A DNA stretch of 64,000 nt from Phycisphaerae bacterium. Its GTDB lineage: Bacteria > Planctomycetota > Phycisphaerae > UBA1845. The DNA lies in assembly GCA_963666835.2 (NCBI GenBank), contig CAXXGO010000001.1:1920001-1984000 (forward strand), written 5' to 3'. The position numbers and the translations under genes were made by a program. Positions within the stretch are counted from its first letter, which is position 1, and every line of letters begins with the position of its first letter. Shown here piece by piece: positions 10,618-20,138 of this stretch. The notes under the pieces are model-generated. The model saw nothing but the letters and a program-made list of their open reading frames with translations. It was not told the origin of the DNA and did no database searches.

Positions 10618-11712
10618 TCACTTGATGGCCAGCAACTCCACGTCGAAGATCAGGGTTGCATTCGGAGGGATCCTCGGCGGCGAACCGCGTTTCCCGTATG
10701 CCAAGTCGCCGGGGATGATGAGCTTCCGTTTGCCGCCTACCTTCATTGTAGCCACCCCCTCGAGCCAACCCTTGATTACGCCGCCCTGCAAGCCGAAGGT
10801 GAACGGCTTGCCCCGGTCAACGGAGCTGTCGAACTTTGTACCGTCCGTCAGCCAGCCGGTGTAGTGAACTTCAACCTTGTCGGTCTTTGCCGGAGCCGGA
10901 CCATCCCCGACTTTCAGATCGATGTAGACCAAGCCGGTGTCACTTCTGACGGCCTTGGCGTTAGCTTCTTCCTCGGCTTTCTTGATAGTCTCTTGCATCT
11001 TGGCGATTTCCTTCGCTGCAGCTTCTGCTTTGGCCTTCTCCGCGGCGGCCACCATCGCGTCGGCGCGAGCTTGGAGTTTATCACGATCGACTTTGTTGAG
11101 CACGCGGGCGGTTTTGATCACGACGGGTTCGACGGGTACAACCGGCTGCCGCCCACCGCCGTACTTGGCGTGCGTGGCCACTTCGGTATCGCGGATCTTG
11201 TCGATTACGTCCATTCCTTCAACCACCCGTCCGAACACCGCGTAGGCCGCGCCGTCGCGGGGATTATCCAGCGCCGGGTTGTCCACAACATTGATGAAGA
11301 ACTGACAGGTGGCCGAGTCGGGTCTGCCGCCGAGCCGCGCCATGGCGATCGACCCGCGGACGTTCTTCAGCCCGTTCTCCCACTCGTTCTTGATGCCGTC
11401 GCGCAGACCCTCTCTCTTCTGATTGAGGTCCGGAGTGAACCCTCCGCCTTGGATCATGAACGTGCTCATGACGCGGTGGAAGATGGTTCCGTCGTAGAAC
11501 TTGTCGTCGGCATAGCGTACAAAGTTCAGCGTAGTGATCGGCGCCTTCTCTCCGTCGAGGTCGAGGACAAAGTCGCCCAAAGTGGTCTCCATCTTGACCT
11601 GGGCGTGTAGCGACAGATCTTCGGAAGTGGAGGCGGTCTTACCCGGCGTTTCGTCCGCCAGTGCATTCGCCCCCATTAACATCGCAGCCATCATCACAAT
11701 ACAACGAGCCAT
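10618..11712 (-). CDS. Secreted cyclophilin-FKBP fusion PPIase
   Basis: Signal peptide, [16 protein letters not shown]...SATCQFFIN, then FKBP motifs [24 protein letters not shown] and [23 protein letters not shown]. Confidence 0.93.
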   Translation of the reverse strand: MARCIVMMAAMLMGANALADETPGKTASTSEDLSLHAQVKMETTLGDFVLDLDGEKAPITTLNFVRYADDKFYDGTIFHRVMSTFMIQGGGFTPDLNQKREGLRDGIKNEWENGLKNVRGSIAMARLGGRPDSATCQFFINVVDNPALDNPRDGAAYAVFGRVVEGMDVIDKIRDTEVATHAKYGGGRQPVVPVEPVVIKTARVLNKVDRDKLQARADAMVAAAEKAKAEAAAKEIAKMQETIKKAEEEANAKAVRSDTGLVYIDLKVGDGPAPAKTDKVEVHYTGWLTDGTKFDSSVDRGKPFTFGLQGGVIKGWLEGVATMKVGGKRKLIIPGDLAYGKRGSPPRIPPNATLIFDVELLAIK

Positions 11713-11862
11713 GTTCAGTCCTTTCTTCTCGAGGCTAATCCTCGTTAGGCAGCCGATTCTATGTAACTTACCAGACAAGTACCGCGCGGTGTTTGCGGTC
11801 CGAGCGGTTACTCTTTCTTTTATAACCTCCGTACGCTCTGTCGACACTCGATCCCCGTTCGA

Positions 11863-13263
11863 TCACGTGGGATTCTGCCGCTTGCATCGGAAACCGAGTA
11901 ACTCAATCTCAGCAATCAGATTAGCGTCTGCGGGAACGTCCGCCGGACGGACGTTGTCGTCGAAACCCAGCTCCGAAGGGATCATCAGTCGCCGCTTGCC
12001 GCCTACCTTCATCGACACGATGCCCTCGGCCAGACCCTTAATCGGGCTTCTGTCCAGGGCGAAGGCCGAGACCTTCCCGGTCGGTCCGCTGCCGAACAGT
12101 AATGTGCCGTCCTCCATCCAAACCGTTATGTTGACCGCAACGTCGTCCGCGGCACCGGGCGATTTTCCGAACCCGGGTTCGATCTCCCAGATACTCACGC
12201 CGGAAGAGGTCTGTTGGCGTTCGATTCCCTCCAGTGGCTGAAGTTCGAGAGACGGCGCAGGCGGCTTGATCTCCAGCAATTCGACCTCGTAGACCAGCGT
12301 CGCGTTCGGCGGGATCGACCCGCCTCCTTTCTCGCCGTACGCCAACTCCGGCGGGATTCGCATTCTCCGCTTTCCACCAAGGCGCATTGTTCTGAGCCCC
12401 TCGCGCCATCCGGGGAAGACGTGGTCCAGCGAGAAAGTGGAAGGGCGGCCCCGCTTCGAGGAAGCCTCGATCAGCGTGCCGTCCTCCAACCAGCCGGCGT
12501 AGTTCACCGTTACCGTGGAATGGGCCTGTGGATGCGGGCCATTACCGATTCGCAAATCCCAGTACTTCAGACCCGATCCGGTCGTTACCGGTTCAATCCC
12601 ATCCAATGAGGACTGCATCGGGGGCTGCTTGATCCGCAGGAGCTCTACCTCAAACCGCAGGTCGGCGTTGGGTGGAATATACGGTGGACGACCCTCGGCG
12701 CCATAGGCCAACTTGGCGGGAACCAACAGTTGGCGAATGCCCCCAAGGCGCATCGTCCAGACGCCCTCATAGAATCCCTTCGCCGTTCCCTGTTTAGAGT
12801 AGGCGGGGTTATATCCCTGGTGAGCCGAACTGTCGAAGAGGGTGCCGTCAGTCAGCCACGCCCGGTACGAGACCTGCACGGTTGCATCCGGGTGCGGAAT
12901 CTCGCCTTCGCCCACCCGGATGTCCCAGTACTTCAACCCGGAATCGGTGACTATCGCCTTATTCTCATCGACCGGAGTCGGGTTCGGGTCGGGGGGCTCC
13001 ACGCCCGGTGGGAAAGGCCGCGCGACCTTGTTAACCGATACCGAGGCCCCCTCAAGAATCTCTCCGGTTTTGGCGTCCCTCAGCACCGCTCCCGGAACGG
13101 CGGCAGGCTGCTCAGGGTCGCTCCGGGCTTCCTTGGGATCCGAGCCGTCTCCACGCTTCGTGTCGGCGGATCCGTCCCCGCTGGAAGTCTGGGCCAACAG
13201 GGCGCGGCCCGCACCGAACGCTATGATTAGAATGAACGCTGTCCGGAGCATTCGTTGATTCAT
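11863..13263 (-). CDS. Secreted protein with three tandem FKBP-type PPIase domains
   Basis: Signal peptide and three repeats of SG(L/V)xxW(D/E)...DGTL...GGxRx...P(P/A)(N/D)AxL. Confidence 0.92.
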   Translation of the reverse strand: MNQRMLRTAFILIIAFGAGRALLAQTSSGDGSADTKRGDGSDPKEARSDPEQPAAVPGAVLRDAKTGEILEGASVSVNKVARPFPPGVEPPDPNPTPVDENKAIVTDSGLKYWDIRVGEGEIPHPDATVQVSYRAWLTDGTLFDSSAHQGYNPAYSKQGTAKGFYEGVWTMRLGGIRQLLVPAKLAYGAEGRPPYIPPNADLRFEVELLRIKQPPMQSSLDGIEPVTTGSGLKYWDLRIGNGPHPQAHSTVTVNYAGWLEDGTLIEASSKRGRPSTFSLDHVFPGWREGLRTMRLGGKRRMRIPPELAYGEKGGGSIPPNATLVYEVELLEIKPPAPSLELQPLEGIERQQTSSGVSIWEIEPGFGKSPGAADDVAVNITVWMEDGTLLFGSGPTGKVSAFALDRSPIKGLAEGIVSMKVGGKRRLMIPSELGFDDNVRPADVPADANLIAEIELLGFRCKRQNPT

Positions 13264-13616
13264 CGTGTTCTCCTCTCGCGATCACCCCGGGCGCGTTTAC
13301 CCACCGGCTCGGCCCGCACAATCGGCAATATTCTGCACACCCCGGCCATTAATGCAATATGGCCGTTCTCGGACACGCTGCAGGCTTCAGATTGCTGAGA
13401 TCCGAAATGGCTTACGGTAGGAGTTGGCGCGATACACGCGGGGCATCTTGTGCGGGCAGGCTTGATAGCCTTCGTGGGCGGACGATCGAGCATGTACGAG
13501 CGGTCGCTCTATTCCACTCTGAGACGCGCTGGATGAGCTGGCGGGCGTTTGCGTTTGAGTCGCGGTGCCGCGCCAGGAGCCGTGGACACAGACCAGCACA
13601 AGCGGCAAATCGGCGC

Positions 13617-14393
13617 TTATTTCCGCTTCTTCCTCGATAGACAGGCCCAGGCACCGGCGACACCTCCGAGGATTGCTCCAATCAGCCCTTTTTTCAGAAC
13701 ACGTGGCCACAGCGATTTCGATGAGGATTGGGATGCGGCGAGGATTGGGTCGTACTCTTTCTCCGGATCGAATCTGAAAGAACCCACAAGCGCGTCGTAC
13801 ATGGGCATGTACTGCTCCGTTCTGTCGCGATGCGAATAGAGAAAGATCTGGATCAGGGACTCTCTGCCGAAGTGCCCGGTTCCCGAAGCACGGAGTGGCC
13901 CGAAGGACGGTATGTCCATGTCCATCGCCCAGAAGAACCTCCGGTTTGCCCGATCGAGTCTCGGAGAGCGCGCTTCCACGTTCCGGAAAAGCTCGCGGTA
14001 TTCCGGGGAGATGTTCTGCTCGGCGTGATCTTCCATGTTCGCGCCGGTGATGTTCTGGATAATCTCAGGCCACTCGTCCTCGGTTAACTGGCGATCCAAT
14101 CCGAAATCGGCATAGGGCAAGACCTGCACGAACACATAGGGGTACGTGAGCCATTGTATCGAATCGGCCGGCTGAAAACCGACGTCGTAGATGATCTTGA
14201 TGTCTGGATCAGGACCCTGTAGTGCCGAGATGGCGCTCGCGATCGATGCCTCGGGAATCTGTTTCCAGCCTTCGGGGATCGCAACAGAGTAGCCGTACAG
14301 TTGGCTATGGTAAGTAGCTCCCCGAACGGATGGGGCAGCCATCACCGCGAAAGCTGGAACAAGCAGGACAATTCGTGATACGCCGTGCCTCAT
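13617..14393 (-). CDS. Hypothetical exported protein with C-terminal membrane anchor
   Basis: Signal peptide (MRHGVSRIVLLVPAFAVMAA), YSVAIPEGW motif, C-terminal TM and basic tail. GGAAGGAG RBS. Confidence 0.7.
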   Translation of the reverse strand: MRHGVSRIVLLVPAFAVMAAPSVRGATYHSQLYGYSVAIPEGWKQIPEASIASAISALQGPDPDIKIIYDVGFQPADSIQWLTYPYVFVQVLPYADFGLDRQLTEDEWPEIIQNITGANMEDHAEQNISPEYRELFRNVEARSPRLDRANRRFFWAMDMDIPSFGPLRASGTGHFGRESLIQIFLYSHRDRTEQYMPMYDALVGSFRFDPEKEYDPILAASQSSSKSLWPRVLKKGLIGAILGGVAGAWACLSRKKRK

Positions 14394-14431
14394 GCTCGCG
14401 CTCCTTCCCCGCGAGTCCTCCGGTTCGTGAC

Positions 14432-16123
14432 CTACAGCTTCCCGCTTACGATCTCCAGAATCTCCTTCTCCAGCGCGATCGCCTTGTCCTGGATCTGTTG
14501 GCCGCGAGTGAGGATGTCCTTCATCCACGCCTTGTCTTCCACGTCGCCGGAGTTGATCTTGACGTTCAAGAACGCGCCGATCACGCCCGAGCGGGCGGCC
14601 AGGGCGCCTACCCCCGCATCGGATACCGATGCCGGGTTGCCGATCTCTGCCATGGCCTTGCATACTTCCATGCACGCCAGCGAGACCTCCATCACCCGGA
14701 ACGGAACTTCGATTGCTTCTTTCGTGGCGGCCTGGATGGCCTCGTTCTTGGCCGCCTTCTCGGCATCGCTGGTCTGCGGCAAGCCAAACGCGGCCATGAT
14801 CTTGTTGAAGGCGTTGGTGTCCTCATCAATCAGGTGGAGTAGCTCGTCATGATGGGCCTTGCCTTTGGCGGCCCATTCCGAGAACTCCTCCCAGCGATCG
14901 TCCCAGCCGCGCTTGTGGCTTGAAAGATTGGCCACCATAGTCCCGAGGGCCGCGCCCATGGCACCCATCGCCGATGAGATGGACCCGCCGCCCGGAGCCT
15001 TGGATTCGCTGGCGGTCTCCCACACGAAACCCTCGACGGTCATGTCCACGAGCCGGTTGGCCGACGGCTTCTTCGCCTCGATGGCGTACTCGATGATCTT
15101 CTCTTCCGGCTTGAAGGGGTAGAGCTCGTCCAGACCCATGGACTTGACCGCAATCTTGATGATCTCCAAGTCGGGAATGCCAACGGAGCGTTCCTGCATC
15201 CGGAGATAGTACCTCCCGGCCTCGAGCATGGCCTTGAGTGGGATCAAGCCGACCAGTTCCGACCCGGTCACGCGAACTCCACGTCGTTCGGCGTGCTTCT
15301 TACACTCTTCATAGGCGATATGCGCGGGAGTCACGCTGATATTCGTCAGGTTCATCGAAATCTGGGCGACGCCGTATTCCTCGATGAACCACCCGATCCC
15401 CTTGACGCACTTGAGCGAGCCGGGGATCCAAACGTCCTCACCGTTCTCGTCTTTCACCACCGGACCGGTCATCGGGTCGCCCTTACGCTTCTGCCGACCC
15501 TTCTCCCGCACGTCGAAAGCGATGGCGTTGGCCCGACGGGTCGACGTGGTGTTGAGGTTCACGTTATACGCGACTAAGAAGTCGCGGGCGCTGACGGCCG
15601 TAGCCCCGGACCGTGGGTTGAACTTCGCCGGGCCGAAGTCGGGCTTCCATTCCGGCTTGGCGAGCTTCGCGGCCAGACCCTCATACTCTCCGGCGCGGAC
15701 CACGGCCAGGTTTCGCCGTTGCTCACTCAAGGCAGCGTTCTCATAGCAGTAAACGGTGATCCCCACCTCCTCGCCGAGCCTTTTAGCCAACTTGCGGGCA
15801 TACTCGACGGTTTCGTCCATCGTTATGTTCGACACGGGCACGAGCGGGCAGACGTCGGTTGCCCCGAACCGGGGGTGCTCGCCGTGGTGCTTGCTCATGT
15901 CGATGATCTCGGAGGCCTTGCGGATGGCCGCCACCGCCGCATCGAGGACCACATCCGGAGCCCCGACGAAGGTCACGACGGTTCGGTTCGTGGCCTTGCC
16001 GGGGTCGACGTCGAGCAGCGTAACCCCGTCGACGGCCTCAATCTGGTCGGTAATCTGCTTGATGATCGCAAGGTCGTTGCCCTCGCTGAAGTTCGGAACG
16101 CATTCAATCAGTTGGTTGCTCAT
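14432..16123 (-). CDS. ftcd: Bifunctional glutamate formimidoyltransferase / formimidoyl-THF cyclodeaminase
   Basis: IECVPNFSEG, NRTVVTF, HPRFGATDVCP, QISMNL and C-terminal APGGGS...SDAGVG. Confidence 0.95.
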   Translation of the reverse strand: MSNQLIECVPNFSEGNDLAIIKQITDQIEAVDGVTLLDVDPGKATNRTVVTFVGAPDVVLDAAVAAIRKASEIIDMSKHHGEHPRFGATDVCPLVPVSNITMDETVEYARKLAKRLGEEVGITVYCYENAALSEQRRNLAVVRAGEYEGLAAKLAKPEWKPDFGPAKFNPRSGATAVSARDFLVAYNVNLNTTSTRRANAIAFDVREKGRQKRKGDPMTGPVVKDENGEDVWIPGSLKCVKGIGWFIEEYGVAQISMNLTNISVTPAHIAYEECKKHAERRGVRVTGSELVGLIPLKAMLEAGRYYLRMQERSVGIPDLEIIKIAVKSMGLDELYPFKPEEKIIEYAIEAKKPSANRLVDMTVEGFVWETASESKAPGGGSISSAMGAMGAALGTMVANLSSHKRGWDDRWEEFSEWAAKGKAHHDELLHLIDEDTNAFNKIMAAFGLPQTSDAEKAAKNEAIQAATKEAIEVPFRVMEVSLACMEVCKAMAEIGNPASVSDAGVGALAARSGVIGAFLNVKINSGDVEDKAWMKDILTRGQQIQDKAIALEKEILEIVSGKL

Positions 16124-16454
16124 GGTCCTCGGCCTTGTCTTTCTAACTGCCTTGCTTCGCCCGATGGGCGGTGAATCCTGATAACTGACGAAACCGGTCC
16201 GCCTCTCCCCGACGGGTGCAGACCGACTGAGACCGGAGCGGTCCCAGCGGGACGTTGTACCCGCTCGGGACGTTCGGCTCAATCCCCGGCACCGCTGCTC
16301 GAAGATGCCTTACCGGGGGAGGCCCGATTGCCCGCTGCACCCACGACCCGGCCCGCGGGGGTGATTCGGTAGGCAAAACGCGCGTTTCTGTGGTAGGATC
16401 GTGTTGTCAACGAGGTGAGTCGGTGGACTTTTTTGCTCGCGCGGGAGGATTTCC

Positions 16455-18638
16455 GTGGTACTAAGAACGCTGTCCGAGAGGTGTTGGATGGGCTCGGTTT
16501 CGCTCGGAGCCTTGGCCTTTTTGCTTTCAATTGCATCGTGCGGCAGACCGCACGCGTTTGACCCCGCCGATTACCCGGTCGCTTACAAGGGCGACACGGT
16601 GGACGTGTTGCACGGGATCGAAGTGGCCGACCCATATCGGTGGCTCGAGGACGAGCAGAGCGCGGAGACCCAAGCCTGGGTCGATCGCCAGAACCAGTTG
16701 ACGCACGACACTCTCGCTCCGTTTGCCAAGATCCGCGAGAAGATCGCCGCCGAGCTGGAGTCCGTCTACGGGGTGGACTCCGTATCCAATATTCATCCGC
16801 ACGGGGACCGCTATTTCATGCTTAAGAGGGCCGGGCTGGAGAACCACTCGCGGCTGCTGGCCGCCGAGGGCGTCTGCACGGGCAAGCCGCACGTCGTAAT
16901 CGACCCGAACACGTTCAGCGCTGACGGAACCGTGGCAATGGACTGGTGGTTCCCGTCGCCCGATGGATCGCTGATCGCCTACGGTAAGTCGGCGGGCGGC
17001 TCGGAGAGGAGCACGTTGTACATCCGAGATGTTGCGAAGGGCACGGACCTTCCTGACGTCATCCCCTATACGCAATACTGCGAGGTCGCATGGAACAAGG
17101 CCGGGACCGGGTTCTTCTATAACCGCTCGCCCGACCCGGCAACCGTGCCTGCGGGTGAAGAGAATTTCCACATGCGGGTCTACTTCCATCGCGTGGGAAC
17201 CGAGTATACCGAGGACCGCTACGTCTGGGGGAAGGGGCGCCCGATCGATGAGGAGCCCCGCCCTTATGCGTCGAGCGATCACCAGTACATGTTGCTCAAT
17301 TTCTTCCGCGATCCTTCAGAAAACGAACTCTACTTCGGCAGCATGGATAGCACGGCACCGCTGAAACCGGTGGCGGAGGGGCTCGGCGCGATTACCACGG
17401 GTGATGTTGTGGACGGGCAGTTGTTTCTGCGTACCAACTACCAGGCCCCGCGGTTTCGGATCTGCACGACCAGTGTGGACAAGCCGGCCCCCGAGCATTG
17501 GCGAGATCTGATTCCGCAACAGAAAGGGGTTATCGACGGCTTTTCGATCATCGATCGGAAGATCATCGTGCATCTTACCGAGGACGTCCACTCGCGCCTG
17601 CTCGTGTATAGCCTCGCCGGGAAGCTGATCGACGAAGTACCGCTACCGGGTGCGGGGACGGTTACCAGCTATCAGTCGGGGATCGGCACGGTTCGCAGTT
17701 TCACCGGTTCGCTCGATCAGCCCGGACTGTTCTTTACCTTCGCCTCTTGGGTAGTGCCTACGACAACGTACCGTTATGACCTACGTGCCAAGAAGTTGGA
17801 GGTGCTGCACCAGTGCGAGTGCCCGGTCGATCTTCGCCGGTACGCGACCAGGCAGATCTGGTTCGAGTCCAAAGACGGCACGCGCGTCCCCATGTTCGTT
17901 GTGGCCGACAAGGATATCAAACTCGATGGCAACAACCCCACGCTGCTGTACGGATATGGCGGCTTCAACTCGAGCTTCTTCCCGTACTACCGCCCGCGGA
18001 TCATCCCGTTCCTCGAACGCGGCGGTGTGTGGGTGCTGGCCAACATTCGAGGCGGTGGCGAGCTGGGGCAAGATTGGCATGACGGCGGTCGTCGGGCTAA
18101 CAAGCAGAACTGCTTCGACGATTTCTACGCCGCGGGCGAGAAGCTGATCGAGCTGGGCTACACGCGACCCGAGAGGCTGGCCTGTAAGGGCGGCAGCAAC
18201 GGCGGCCTGCTGATCGGGGCGGCGGTGGTACAGCGTCCGGACCTGTTCCAGGCGGCGTTGTCGCAGGTGCCGCTTATGGACATGTTACGGTTCCATCTTT
18301 GGGGCATGGGGGCGCAATGGGTTCATGAGTACGGTGACCCGCAGGATCCTGACGAGTTCAGTTGGGTATTCGGCTACTCGCCGTATCACAACGTGTGCGA
18401 CGGGGTCGACTATCCGGCCACGTTGATTGTGACCGCCGAGGGGGATAACCGGGTCGATACGGCCCACTCTTACAAGATGACCGCGCGCTTGCAGGAAGCC
18501 ACCTCGGGCACCCGGCCGATCCTGCTCCGCGTAGAGCGAAAGGCCGGCCACGGCGCCGGCAAGCCGCTTTCTATGCGGATTCTGAACCAAAGTGAGGATT
18601 GGGCGTTTCTGATGTGGCAACTCGGCATGCTCGATTGA
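16455..18638 (+). CDS. Prolyl oligopeptidase (S9A), probable lipoprotein
   Basis: DPYRWLED, nucleophile GGSNGG, DNRV and AGHG triad motifs. Lipobox-like IASC and GGAGGA RBS. Confidence 0.95.
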   Translation: MVLRTLSERCWMGSVSLGALAFLLSIASCGRPHAFDPADYPVAYKGDTVDVLHGIEVADPYRWLEDEQSAETQAWVDRQNQLTHDTLAPFAKIREKIAAELESVYGVDSVSNIHPHGDRYFMLKRAGLENHSRLLAAEGVCTGKPHVVIDPNTFSADGTVAMDWWFPSPDGSLIAYGKSAGGSERSTLYIRDVAKGTDLPDVIPYTQYCEVAWNKAGTGFFYNRSPDPATVPAGEENFHMRVYFHRVGTEYTEDRYVWGKGRPIDEEPRPYASSDHQYMLLNFFRDPSENELYFGSMDSTAPLKPVAEGLGAITTGDVVDGQLFLRTNYQAPRFRICTTSVDKPAPEHWRDLIPQQKGVIDGFSIIDRKIIVHLTEDVHSRLLVYSLAGKLIDEVPLPGAGTVTSYQSGIGTVRSFTGSLDQPGLFFTFASWVVPTTTYRYDLRAKKLEVLHQCECPVDLRRYATRQIWFESKDGTRVPMFVVADKDIKLDGNNPTLLYGYGGFNSSFFPYYRPRIIPFLERGGVWVLANIRGGGELGQDWHDGGRRANKQNCFDDFYAAGEKLIELGYTRPERLACKGGSNGGLLIGAAVVQRPDLFQAALSQVPLMDMLRFHLWGMGAQWVHEYGDPQDPDEFSWVFGYSPYHNVCDGVDYPATLIVTAEGDNRVDTAHSYKMTARLQEATSGTRPILLRVERKAGHGAGKPLSMRILNQSEDWAFLMWQLGMLD

Positions 18639-19111
18639 GCCACTGCCGTACCAATGGCACCAGGGCCACGTCGCACGTGCGTTCTCGGGTGTGCCACTGC
18701 CCCTCTGTGCAGCGGGTCTGCCACTGCTCTTGAGCAGTGCAGCTTGGGTGGCATGGGTCAACTTGTTGACCCGTGTTATGCTCCTGCGGCAGTTTGTAGG
18801 GCACGGTCGAGGTACGAGACCTGCCGTTGTTCTCGCGTAGAGCAGGCATTCCTGCCTGCAGTCCTTGTGCGACGTGCATTTTCCGAACGTACGCCGGCGT
18901 TTCATAGCAAAGCCCAGCGTAAACGAAGCGGCGCAGCCGCTTTAGTGCCACCCTGGGTCACATAGCCCCCTGGGGCACCAACCCCGAAGTGGGTTGAACA
19001 ATGACTGTCCCGTCAGGGACATAAGCTTGTAGGGCAGGTCGAGGCACGAGACCTGCCGCAGCGGTGTGTGTCGTATGAAGGCCTAACCGTGCCAGAACGC
19101 CGTGCGTTAGA

Positions 19112-19393
19112 CTGTCCCGTCAGGGACATAAGGCATGTAGCCACGGGTGCACCGCAGCGAAACCCGTGGGGACGATCGGCTCTTTCAACGGGCCGCCCCG
19201 AAGGGCCGGAGGATGGTGGGTTCAATCCTACAGATACCGCGCAAAGATTATGTGGAGAGGCAATCGCATTAGCGTGCCGGGCATGCGTTCTTCGCCCGCC
19301 CGCTTCGGGGCGGCATAGTGTTTGAGGTCTTTGCCATCCACGAGTTCCGCTTCGCTCCACTCGTGGCCACGTGCCCGCGCCCCTGTCGGGGCG
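19112..19393. mobile_element. Non-autonomous palindromic element (MITE/REPIN-like, possibly IS200/IS605- or RAYT-associated)
   Basis: The left arm GTCCCGTCAGGGAC...GTAGCCACGGGTG...AACCCGTGG...GCCCCGAAGGG is mirrored by a degenerate inverted right arm CCGCTTCGGGGCGG...CCACGAGTT...CACTCGTGGCCAC...GCCCCTGTCGGGGC. No credible protein-coding ORF. Confidence 0.55.
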
Positions 19394-19598
19394 AGAGAAC
19401 GACTGAGTTCACATCAGCGCGCTTTGAGGCACAAGCATAACTCAATATACAGCCGGTTCAGAGGTGGGGACTCGAAAAGCTATGGAGGATTACGCAAAGA
19501 CCATGGCAGGTCTCGTGCCTCGACCGTGCCCTACAAGCCGCCCCAAGACAGTGGCGGACCCGCCAAACGCGCTCCGGTGGCATCGGCACCCGACATAA

Positions 19599-19928
19599 TC
19601 ACTTCGCCGGGGGCTCGTATCTCTCGTAGTAGCCCAGGACCCGGCCGTTGGGGTCGCGGACGACACGCATGAAGATGCGGTGTTTCTTGTTGTCGGTGAT
19701 GAGCCGTTCGTCCTCCCCGGCGTGCATGGCGGACAGGATCTCGATCATCTGCCGGCGAGACTGCTCGTTGTGGCAATCCAGCACGGACCGGCCGAGCAGG
19801 TCCGCACCGTCATCGTAATGAGCGATTGCCGCTTTGTTCATATATTGAATAACGTGGTCCGTGTCGGCGAACAGAAACGGATCCTTGATGCTGTCAAGGA
19901 GGGCGGCCATCAACGATGCGTCTATCAT
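19599..19928 (-). CDS. Small stand-alone PAS domain protein
   Basis: LLDSIKDPFLFADTDHVIQYMNKAA...LLGRSVLDCH...DPNGRVLGYYE pattern. Confidence 0.85.
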   Translation of the reverse strand: MIDASLMAALLDSIKDPFLFADTDHVIQYMNKAAIAHYDDGADLLGRSVLDCHNEQSRRQMIEILSAMHAGEDERLITDNKKHRIFMRVVRDPNGRVLGYYERYEPPAK

Positions 19929-20138
19929 GATATCTCCTTGTATGGGTCCGACGAGAATGATAGCGGATGCTCGCAGCGGTGCTACCGGATCGGGCGTTGA
20001 TGGCGGGGGTCGATATTCTCACCGGATAGGACGGGTGGCCAACCTCTTGGCGCTGCGGACGGGGTTGAGGTCCAAGGCCTGCCGCCAGAACGCGTGTCGC
20101 GCGAAGACCAACGGCAGATCTCGTGCCTCGACGCTGCC

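Noticed and set aside
18796..19534. 30-bp family A repeats as CRISPR direct repeats
   Set aside because: Spacing is irregular (over 200 nt) and the orientation is mixed.
18654..19672. Short ORFs across the repeat-rich intergenic region, including a possible transposase remnant
   Set aside because: The translations derive from palindromic repeats, and no HUH or DDE motif is visible.
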